From a virus (Duplodnaviria > Heunggongvirae > Uroviricota > Caudoviricetes): a stretch of 5,028 nucleotides of DNA. Of this stretch, positions 1-5,028 are shown in pieces. The notes under the pieces are model-generated. The model was not told the DNA's origin and searched no databases. It saw only the letters and a list, made by a program, of their open reading frames with translations. Location: positions 1 to 5,028 of IMG/VR virus record IMGVR_UViG_2802429242_000002; one strand, given 5' to 3'. The first letter of the stretch is position 1; each line of letters starts with the position of its first letter. The translations under genes and the position numbers were made by a program.

Positions 1-120
1 TCTGACATTCACGGTCAACCAGGCTAACACGTAGAACATGCCCTGCAGGCGTGGTGTACCACTGACCCGGACGAGGACAACGGAAAGTCTGATTGGTAAA
101 ACGTTTGAAAATATTCCGGA

Positions 121-1269
121 TCATTTGCGCCCCCTTACCTCTGAAGGGTTCAGCGACAAATTTATGAGGCAGGCCAGCGCCGAAGCATCATTAATATAGT
201 CATATAAGCTAACAGCCAGCGGAGATTCGGCTTTTGCCAACATAGGATAAAGCTGCTGCAGCCAGACCTGATGAATTGATGAAATGTAGGAACAGAGAAC
301 GCTGGCGTTATGTGCAACGTCGCTCGGTACAGCGGGCTTTGAAAGCTGTTTCTCCATCTGGTTAAAGGCATTGATGTATGCCTCTTTGAACTGGGCAGCA
401 CGTTTACCCGTGAAACCCATAGCAAGAAACGCAAAGCCGTCGCGGGTTATTTGATAGCAAGGTAGTTTGCGGCCTGTGCAATCGGTGTAATCACTCACCG
501 AAAAATTGCGGGCAGTGAATGATGCGGAACATTCAAGCGTGCGGATCTTTTTCAGTACATCGTCATGACGTTTGGAGAAGAAGTTGGCAACAGCCAGGGA
601 TGAAGTAACAGCCTGACCATCAACGATGGCAATTTCAGGTTGAGTGAGGGTTGGGATCGTAGCCATGATGACAGCCTCCGATAACAGTGAATTACCTTCA
701 CCACCGGAAACGCCAATTTCGCTGGTGGTGAACTGAACGGGGTTGGCGTAACCGGCGTTATCGGAAACCGGCGCACCTTTCGGTGCCCCCGTCCAGCCCA
801 CCATAATTTGGGTGTGCGCAGACGCAGACGATAAAAAAAACGCTGGCGCGTCATATATCGCCGATAACATTTCCAGGACGCCAATCCCGGCACCCGCTTT
901 ATAAGGTGCCTGAACAGTGTAACGTCCCGGAATGGCAGAATCAATGTGCTGGTGGTCCTTCACACTCAACAAAATCACGCCTGAATTTCCACAAAGGACT
1001 AAAGCACTCATGCGGGTAGTCTTTGCGAAGATAGATAACGCGCTGTGTTTCTGGCTCCCAACGAATAACATGAACATAAAGTCCTCTTCCGTCACGAAAC
1101 CAGCGGTTAAGTTCCTGCACAACTCGCCCCCCACAGTCAGGTAAAGTTCTCTGTGGTTACTTACAGGCAGGTGATTTGGTAATCTGCATTCATGCCGTAA
1201 CAACAGGTGTTCAGCCACGCGGACCACCAGCTGTTGCGACCAACGGTTATTTGCCGTTAAACTGTTCAT
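121..1269 (-). CDS. Rha-family phage regulatory protein (antirepressor-like), with a ~200-aa N-terminal region of unknown function
   Basis: 382-codon ORF. Residues ~205-305 (TLTQPEIAIVDGQAVTSSLAVANFFSKRHDDVLKKIRTLE ... YQITRDGFAFLAMGFTGKRAAQFKEAYINAFNQME) match the Rha-family signature as I recall it (KRHDnVLr ... TRDGF..LvMGFTG..A.qFK.aYI..FN.ME). Start ATG 1267-1269 overlaps the upstream gene's stop as ATGA (stop 1266-1268), with GGAG 10 nt upstream. The N-terminal half uses E. coli-like codons (CCG, GGT, ACC, GAA, AAC) and its other frames look like shadow ORFs. Alternative internal start ATG at 664-666 (M202) has a strong GGAGG SD 8 nt upstream and would give a 181-aa Rha-only protein. 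Confidence 0.6.
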   Translation of the reverse strand: MNSLTANNRWSQQLVVRVAEHLLLRHECRLPNHLPVSNHRELYLTVGGELCRNLTAGFVTEEDFMFMLFVGSQKHSALSIFAKTTRMSALVLCGNSGVILLSVKDHQHIDSAIPGRYTVQAPYKAGAGIGVLEMLSAIYDAPAFFLSSASAHTQIMVGWTGAPKGAPVSDNAGYANPVQFTTSEIGVSGGEGNSLLSEAVIMATIPTLTQPEIAIVDGQAVTSSLAVANFFSKRHDDVLKKIRTLECSASFTARNFSVSDYTDCTGRKLPCYQITRDGFAFLAMGFTGKRAAQFKEAYINAFNQMEKQLSKPAVPSDVAHNASVLCSYISSIHQVWLQQLYPMLAKAESPLAVSLYDYINDASALACLINLSLNPSEVRGRK

Positions 1270-1850
1270 GCGTTAGTTTCTCCACAACCAGAAGCAATCG
1301 ACGCCACGACGCCCGGAGCTGCACACTCGCGGGCGTTACTCTTTTCCGGCGCACAAAAAACACGAAATAACAGTGTTAAATGCTCCTGCCACTTCGCCAT
1401 TACTTGGTAGCTGTTCTCTTCGATTTGCTCACGCTCAGCCTGATCAATAACTCCATCAGCAGTTGCCTTGCGTAAGTACTGGGAATGCTTGCCAATCCAT
1501 TCTATTGACTCCATCAGCCGCTGATTAATGTCACCATTGTCAATGTCATCAATGACCACCAGCGGCACAAACACCCCATTACTACGACGGGCTATTGCAT
1601 CCGTTACATGCCTGGTACCACTGGCATCCTGTAAAACCATGGCCCACTCGAGTGGAAAAATTTGATCCCCACCGCTACGCAGTCTGTTATGCAATTGATC
1701 TTTTGCTGGGGTGATATCATCAGATTTATACAAACCAAGAATTTCTGCTGCTTCCTCATAGCCATGAGGTAAATCAGCAATCGTTCTTCGTATTGCTGCC
1801 ACCAGCCATGCTGGTTGTTTATCAACTTTCCATTCAGGTTCTTTACCCAC
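1266..1850 (-). CDS. CII-like / YdaT-like early regulatory protein
   Basis: Follows the Cro-like gene on the same strand, the position of lambda cII and Rac ydaT. I favour a GTG start at 1848-1850, with GAGGAA SD 6 nt upstream and a 28-nt gap after the Cro-like stop. The track ORF extends to ATG 1961, but that start and the in-frame ATGs at 1928/1925 lack an SD and would overlap the Cro-like gene by 47-83 nt. The DQLHNRLRSGG stretch loosely resembles what I recall of YdaT-family proteins; family assignment is from memory and position only. Confidence 0.55.
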   Translation of the reverse strand: MGKEPEWKVDKQPAWLVAAIRRTIADLPHGYEEAAEILGLYKSDDITPAKDQLHNRLRSGGDQIFPLEWAMVLQDASGTRHVTDAIARRSNGVFVPLVVIDDIDNGDINQRLMESIEWIGKHSQYLRKATADGVIDQAEREQIEENSYQVMAKWQEHLTLLFRVFCAPEKSNARECAAPGVVASIASGCGETNA

Positions 1851-1878
1851 GGTTAATTCCTCATTTCTGTGGTTACGT

Positions 1879-2142
1879 TTACGCAGCTGAACCGCTAACT
1901 TTTGAATAGCACTCAGGTAATCCATCATTTGGATTGGGGTAAATATCAGGACGCAATTCATGAGGGGTCACGGACCAGTTTCCCAACTCACAAAGTTGTA
2001 AAACCCGTTCTGACGGGACTTGATTGTTAATTACCCAATTAGCGACGGATTGAGTGGACTTAAAACCAAAGCGACGGGCTACTTCAGATAAAGATTTTCC
2101 CGCAGCTTTTACTGCTTTCTCTGTGTAGTTTTGAGATGACAT
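1879..2142 (-). CDS. Cro/YdaS-like helix-turn-helix regulator
   Basis: 87 aa. Sequence SLSEVARRFGFKSTQSVANWVINNQVPSERVLQLCELGNWSVTPHELRPDIY fits the YdaS/Cro-like pattern (HTH followed by a conserved HELRPD motif). Divergent from the repressor gene. GAGGAG SD 6 nt upstream of ATG 2140-2142. Confidence 0.85.
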   Translation of the reverse strand: MSSQNYTEKAVKAAGKSLSEVARRFGFKSTQSVANWVINNQVPSERVLQLCELGNWSVTPHELRPDIYPNPNDGLPECYSKVSGSAA

Positions 2143-2150
2143 ACCTTTCT

Positions 2151-2167
2151 CCTCTGAAATTCAGAGG
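2151..2167. promoter_or_regulatory. Perfect 17-bp palindrome CCTCTGAAATTCAGAGG overlapping the Cro-like gene's SD and predicted transcript start
   Basis: Read directly: 8-bp perfect inverted arms around a single central base. Lies between the predicted PR-like -10 (2169-2174) and the Cro-like start codon. Its sequence differs from the CTAC-N5-GTAG operator family. Confidence 0.4.
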
Positions 2168-2168
2168 G

Positions 2169-2197
2169 ATAATGCTACTTAAAATAGCAAAATGCAA
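2169..2197 (-). promoter_or_regulatory. PR-like promoter for the Cro-like operon (-35 TTGCAT, 17-bp spacer containing operator, -10 CATTAT)
   Basis: Minus-strand sequence TTGCATTTTGCTATTTTAAGTAGCATTAT. It matches the plus-strand element at 4129-4157 (TTGATTTTTGCTACTTTTGGTAGCAGAAT) at 22 of 29 positions with identical layout, supporting paired early promoters. Hexamers are moderate matches to sigma70 consensus. Confidence 0.45.
2173..2189. promoter_or_regulatory. Operator O_R1-like 17-mer TGCTACTTAAAATAGCA
   Basis: Inverted arms TGCTA/TAGCA. Shares the CTAC ... (G/A)TAG half-site pattern with sites at 2196-2212, 2241-2257, 4114-4130 and 4137-4153. Sits in the spacer of the PR-like promoter. 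Confidence 0.5.
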
Positions 2198-2212
2198 CTA
2201 CTTAAAATAGAA
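2196..2212. promoter_or_regulatory. Operator O_R2-like 17-mer AACTACTTAAAATAGAA
   Basis: Exact direct repeat of the 13-nt core CTACTTAAAATAG from O_R1, centre-to-centre spacing 23 bp, comparable to lambda operator spacing. Overlaps the -35 of the PR-like promoter. Confidence 0.45.
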
Positions 2213-2240
2213 ATGACTAGCGTATGTGATGTGAGTAATC

Positions 2241-2257
2241 TTCTACCTATGGTAGAA
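2241..2257. promoter_or_regulatory. Operator O_R3-like 17-mer TTCTACCTATGGTAGAA overlapping the favoured repressor start codon
   Basis: 7-bp perfect inverted arms (TTCTACC/GGTAGAA) with CTAC and GTAG at the same positions as in the other operators. Contains ATG 2249-2251. Confidence 0.45.
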
Positions 2258-2953
2258 GAACAGAAGTATCCAGATTTCGCCAAGAGACTAAACGAGCTAA
2301 TGACAAACAAGGGAATTTCTGTCACCCAACTCAAAAGTCTTGTGGGCGTTACATATGAAATGGCGCGGCGATACACAATCGGCGCTGCGAAGCCTCGTGC
2401 CTCTGTCATGAATAAACTTGCATTGGCTCTGGGGGTATCAGCTTCATATTTAGAATATGGTGTTGGCGAGAGAGAAGGATGTAAGGAAATGACAAGCATC
2501 CCCAATCCAACAAAACCCGATGTATACAGGATAGAAGTTTTGGATCTTAGCGTTAGCGCAGGACCTGGGACCTATATGCTTTCAGACTATGTTGATGTGC
2601 TCTACGCCATTGAGTTCACAACAGAACATGCCCGTTCTCTTTTCGGCAACCGTTCTCAGGATGATATTAAGGTTATGACTGTAAATGGCGATAGTATGTC
2701 CCCTACTCTCGTTTCCGGAGACCGACTGTTTGTCGACATTTCTGTTCGTCACTTCCAGACTGATGGAGTTTACTCTTTCGTTTACGGTAAGACTTTTCAT
2801 GTCAAACGTCTTCAAATGCAAGGTGACAAGCTAGCCGTTCTTTCGGATAACCCCGCCTATGAGAAATGGTATATCGATGAAAAATCGCAGGATCAGCTTT
2901 ATGTAATGGGCAAGGCGTTGATTCACGAATCTATAAAATACAACCGATTGTAA
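2249..2953 (+). CDS. cI/LexA-type prophage repressor (N-terminal XRE-family HTH, C-terminal S24 self-cleaving peptidase domain)
   Basis: HTH region FAKRLNELMTNKGISVTQLKSLVGVTYEMARRYTIGAAKPRASVMNKLALALGVSASYLEYG. Candidate Ala-Gly cleavage site in LSVSAGPG. Serine nucleophile in the GDSMSPT motif and lysine in FHVKRL, as in LexA/lambda cI. Start is uncertain: the track ORF begins at ATG 2192 (253 aa), but 2192 and the ATG at 2213 lie inside the PR-like -35/operator region. ATG 2249 (234 aa) leaves ~9 residues before helix 1 and may be leaderless. None of the three has an SD. Confidence 0.85.
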   Translation: MVEEQKYPDFAKRLNELMTNKGISVTQLKSLVGVTYEMARRYTIGAAKPRASVMNKLALALGVSASYLEYGVGEREGCKEMTSIPNPTKPDVYRIEVLDLSVSAGPGTYMLSDYVDVLYAIEFTTEHARSLFGNRSQDDIKVMTVNGDSMSPTLVSGDRLFVDISVRHFQTDGVYSFVYGKTFHVKRLQMQGDKLAVLSDNPAYEKWYIDEKSQDQLYVMGKALIHESIKYNRL

Positions 2954-2997
2954 AACTCAATCCTTTCAGGATTAAAAGATCTAAAAGGATAATAATA

Positions 2998-3360
2998 ATG
3001 AAATCTGAACTATTTCATAGCGAAGCAAATTCAGAAATTATCACCGCAGATGAGTTTATTGATTTCATAAACTCTTTCAAAAAGCCTTTAATTTGCCAAA
3101 TTTGCGGAAATCAATCATGGAGTGTAGTCGGTACTCTAGAACTTGAAGTTGAAGACAATCAGCCAAAACATCACGTAATCGAAGTTCTCAGCTATGCCCA
3201 ATACAAACCTGAAACTGATAGCGCTATAAATTATCCTGGTGGTATGCCGCTGTTTCGAATCACCTGTGATCACTGTGCACATGTACTTCTTTTTTCTTAT
3301 AAAAAAGCTAGATCATTGATCCAAAAAAGAAAAAATGAAAAAGAAGAGGATGGGAAATGA
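2998..3360 (+). CDS. Hypothetical small zinc-ribbon protein (two CxxC pairs), cargo gene downstream of repressor
   Basis: 120 aa with Cys33/Cys36 (CQIC) and Cys90/Cys93 (CDHC). AAAGGA SD 8 nt upstream of ATG 2998. Lysine-rich acidic tail. Markedly AT-rich (about one third G+C by hand count of 3001-3060, against about half in 601-660). I recognise no family. Confidence 0.7.
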   Translation: MKSELFHSEANSEIITADEFIDFINSFKKPLICQICGNQSWSVVGTLELEVEDNQPKHHVIEVLSYAQYKPETDSAINYPGGMPLFRITCDHCAHVLLFSYKKARSLIQKRKNEKEEDGK

Positions 3361-3989
3361 CGCGACCTTATCTCAGAGCAGTACCAAACTGTGGATCTGG
3401 TATTGATAAGTGTGACCTTTACCCCAATGTTAAGAACAGGCTGCGCGTCGGTATAGAAGAAATGTATACTGATTTTATCGAATCCGCAGATGAAACTTAC
3501 AAAACTGATGGGGGAAATAAAATGTCATCAGTTAGTCGAGAAGAAATTCAAGCACTTTTAGCTGCCAATAAAGCAGAAATGGAGTCCATTGCATCCTCTA
3601 TTAGAGTTGAAATGGCTTTATCTCGCGAGAACACAAACGTTCAGCTAGCATCTCTAAATTCAGCCATCAATTCTATCTCTTCGAAAATCGAAGGCAAAAT
3701 GGACAGTGTTGACGGGGATGTGAAGGCCATCAATGGTAGATTCGAAGGTATACAAGGCCAAATTACTGGAATAAATACAGCCATTAGTGGTATTCAATCT
3801 GGAATTTCTACCAGACTTGCTATTTTTGGAGTTATCATTGCGGTCATAGTTGCATTACCTAGCATAATTTCTGCTTTTAAAGATACTTCGCCAGTAGTTC
3901 AACCAGTTACACAACAACCAAGTGTTAAACATCTCAACCAAGAACCAATTACTCCACAAGTATTACCTCCGCAGGGAAAAGCAAACTAA
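3357..3989 (+). CDS. Hypothetical coiled-coil protein with single C-terminal transmembrane helix and proline-rich tail
   Basis: ATG 3357 overlaps the upstream stop as ATGA, with GAGGA 6 nt upstream. Alternative start ATG 3522 (M56) has GGGGGA 6 nt upstream. Residues ~60-150 are heptad-like and Ser/Ile/Gly-rich; hydrophobic segment LAIFGVIIAVIVALPSIISAF (~154-174); tail rich in P, Q and V. Architecture resembles small phage membrane proteins such as XhlA-like or exclusion proteins, by resemblance only. Confidence 0.65.
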   Translation: MTRPYLRAVPNCGSGIDKCDLYPNVKNRLRVGIEEMYTDFIESADETYKTDGGNKMSSVSREEIQALLAANKAEMESIASSIRVEMALSRENTNVQLASLNSAINSISSKIEGKMDSVDGDVKAINGRFEGIQGQITGINTAISGIQSGISTRLAIFGVIIAVIVALPSIISAFKDTSPVVQPVTQQPSVKHLNQEPITPQVLPPQGKAN

Positions 3990-4012
3990 ACCGGCTTTAT
4001 GCCGGTTTTTTT
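3989..4012 (+). terminator. Rho-independent terminator after the cargo cassette
   Basis: AACCGGC-TTTAT-GCCGGTT hairpin immediately after the TAA stop (3987-3989), followed by a run of seven T (4006-4012). Confidence 0.8.
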
Positions 4013-4113
4013 CTATACAAACGCCCCCTCTTTGTCTTGAATCACATCACAACACATTTAAAAAACATTTTAAATTCAAAGCATTAAACGCATCAACGCA
4101 TATCAAACAAATT

Positions 4114-4130
4114 ATCTACTTTTAGTTGTT
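4114..4130. promoter_or_regulatory. Operator O_L2-like 17-mer ATCTACTTTTAGTTGTT (weaker half-site)
   Basis: CTAC half-site at the conserved position, second half GTTG instead of GTAG. Centre lies 23 bp from O_L1, the same spacing as O_R1 to O_R2. Overlaps the -35 of the PL-like promoter. Confidence 0.35.
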
Positions 4131-4157
4131 GATTTTTGCTACTTTTGGTAGCAGAAT
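4129..4157 (+). promoter_or_regulatory. PL-like early promoter (-35 TTGATT, 17-bp spacer containing operator, -10 CAGAAT)
   Basis: Matches the PR-like element at 2169-2197 at 22 of 29 positions in the same promoter orientation. Located downstream of the repressor cassette terminator and upstream of plus-strand small ORFs, as for lambda PL/OL. Confidence 0.45.
4137..4153. promoter_or_regulatory. Operator O_L1-like 17-mer TGCTACTTTTGGTAGCA
   Basis: 6-bp perfect inverted arms TGCTAC/GTAGCA. Same family as the O_R sites. Lies in the spacer and -10 of the PL-like promoter. Confidence 0.5.
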
Positions 4158-4361
4158 TGTTTTAACAACAACGAACAGGCAGGACGCCCACGAAGTAGCC
4201 GCCTGGGGCATATGAAGTCCAGGATGATTCGTTGAGTCATGTTGTGCCACTAGGCACTCATGTTAAAGCAGGTGTATGAAATGAAAGTCCAGATTTTAAA
4301 CAATAACTGTGAAGTCGTTTAGGCGTAAAACATGACCGCGCGTAGACCAAGGGAGGAAAAA

Positions 4362-4538
4362 GTGGGAATAGTTAGAAATCAAGCAGATATATTGAAAATC
4401 AGCTCTGAATTGCTTGGAGTTTTGAAAAGTGAGCTCACCGCACATGGCATCGAGCCCACTGACGAAAATTTAAGTTGGGTTTTGTCGATTATTCAACAAT
4501 CACTCAAGCCCAGCCTCAGCAAACTTTTTATCGAGTAG
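4362..4538 (+). CDS. Hypothetical small protein, first ORF of the putative PL-like transcript
   Basis: Strong SD AAGGGAGG with a 5-nt spacer to GTG 4362 (58 codons). The track ORF starts at ATG 4332 (68 aa) with only a weak AGG upstream. I see no arginine-rich N-type motif and recognise no family. Confidence 0.4.
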   Translation: MGIVRNQADILKISSELLGVLKSELTAHGIEPTDENLSWVLSIIQQSLKPSLSKLFIE

Positions 4539-4691
4539 TGCTTCGAACTTATCGTAAAGCTTGCTTATGTCGTCTATCGGGTTTTCTGACGTACTGTAAT
4601 TTTTATCTGATGTCATGGCAGCAGTCTGATATGCAGTGTGAGTCTTAACCGATAGTTGGAATAAATAAAGAATTTTTTCTTCTTTGGTCAT
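4500..4691 (-). CDS. Hypothetical small protein (63 aa), convergent with the 4362..4538 ORF
   Basis: ATG at 4689-4691 with AAGGA 8 nt upstream; the track ORF extends to 4733. Sequence MTKEEKILYLFQLSVKTHTAYQ...KFAEAGLE. Overlaps the 3' end of the plus-strand ORF by 39 nt, so one of the two may be spurious. Confidence 0.4.
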   Translation of the reverse strand: MTKEEKILYLFQLSVKTHTAYQTAAMTSDKNYSTSENPIDDISKLYDKFEALLDKKFAEAGLE

Positions 4692-4930
4692 GACTATTTC
4701 CTTCTTGGCTATATGAAAACACCAAGATACCACCGAGCCTGAAGTGGTGAAAAGACAGGCACATAACAGCTAAGTATTTTCAACCAGAGAGAATCCTTAG
4801 CGTTGTGGTGAATGCGCAGGCTGATGCGCGAAAGACATTGCAGCTATTGCGGAAAAGAGCTGTTCGGCGGGGCAATTAAACGCCCGTGAGAGTCTGAAAT
4901 AACCGCAAGCCGGAGATCAGCACCGGTCAC

Positions 4931-4995
4931 CACAACAGCCACTGCTTTGGCGGTACCAGTTTGTACACTTGCCTCCGGCTGGTACCGCTCTTTTT
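4931..4995 (+). ncRNA. Candidate DicF-like small RNA ending in an intrinsic terminator
   Basis: The stretch CTTTGGCGGTACCAGTTTGTAC resembles the DicF segment UUUGGCGGUAUCAGUUUUAC as I recall it from the E. coli Qin prophage, and a terminator hairpin follows as in DicF. Lies downstream of the repressor in the early-left direction, as dicF does relative to dicA. Based on memory, not a search; 5' boundary is approximate. Confidence 0.3.
4949..4995 (+). terminator. Rho-independent terminator (10-bp perfect stem GCGGTACCAG / CTGGTACCGC, then TCTTTTT)
   Basis: Read directly: arms at 4950-4959 and 4979-4988, 19-nt loop, T-run 4991-4995. Confidence 0.7.
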
Positions 4996-5028
4996 ACAAA
5001 ACAGAGAAGAGCATCACCGGACGACGGG

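Noticed and set aside
1-39. Possible start of a further minus-strand gene (ATG at 37-39, reading MFYVLAWLTVNVR off the left edge)
   Set aside because: Only 13 codons are visible and the SD is poorly spaced, so there is too little sequence to call a gene.
162-944. Minus-strand ORFs 162..434 (90 aa) and 552..944 (130 aa)
   Set aside because: They lie in alternate frames inside the 121..1269 gene. Their translations are Arg/Trp/Pro-rich and low-complexity, typical of shadow ORFs.
932-1370. Plus-strand ORFs 932..1144 (70 aa) and 1176..1370 (64 aa)
   Set aside because: They are antisense to the 382-codon gene and the CII/YdaT-like gene, with no convincing RBS. The minus-strand frame has much better codon usage.
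1604-1825. Minus-strand ORF 1604..1825 (73 aa)
   Set aside because: Alternate frame wholly inside the CII/YdaT-like gene; shadow ORF.
2151-2167. Palindrome considered as a LexA (SOS) box
   Set aside because: A LexA box is CTGT-N8-ACAG. This palindrome is CTG-N5-CAG without the flanking T/A and with the wrong spacing.
2179-2821. Minus-strand ORFs 2179..2505 (108 aa) and 2582..2821 (79 aa) antisense to the repressor gene
   Set aside because: The plus-strand frame carries a clear HTH plus S24 peptidase signature. The antisense translations are Ser/Leu-rich with no SD.
3922-4125. Plus-strand ORF 3922..4125 (67 aa)
   Set aside because: It overlaps the 3' end of the coiled-coil gene in another frame and runs through the intrinsic terminator and AT-rich intergenic DNA; low-complexity translation.
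1-5028. CRISPR arrays, tRNA/rRNA genes, IS elements or attachment-site repeats
   Set aside because: I found no regularly spaced repeat array, tRNA-like cloverleaf, transposase-like ORF or terminal inverted repeats. The only repeats are the operator 17-mers and short hairpins.

Overview
The window reads as the immunity (genetic-switch) region of a lambdoid enterobacterial prophage. On the minus strand an early-right-type operon runs leftward: a Cro/YdaS-like HTH gene (1879..2142), a CII/YdaT-like gene (1266..1850) and a 382-codon gene with a Rha-family domain in its C-terminal half (121..1269). Divergent on the plus strand is a cI/LexA-type repressor with an S24 self-cleaving peptidase domain (ends 2953), followed by an AT-rich two-gene cargo cassette (zinc-ribbon protein 2998..3360 and coiled-coil membrane-anchored protein 3357..3989) and an intrinsic terminator. 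Two homologous promoter-operator modules built on a 17-bp palindrome (CTAC-N5-GTAG core) sit at 2169..2257 and 4114..4157, about 2 kb apart, matching an OR/OL arrangement. Downstream are two convergent small ORFs and a hairpin-terminated element (4931..4995) that resembles DicF sRNA as I recall it. The most interesting candidate is the uncharacterised two-gene cassette in the position lambda uses for rexAB. All calls come from reading the sequence and the ORF track by eye; no database search was run.
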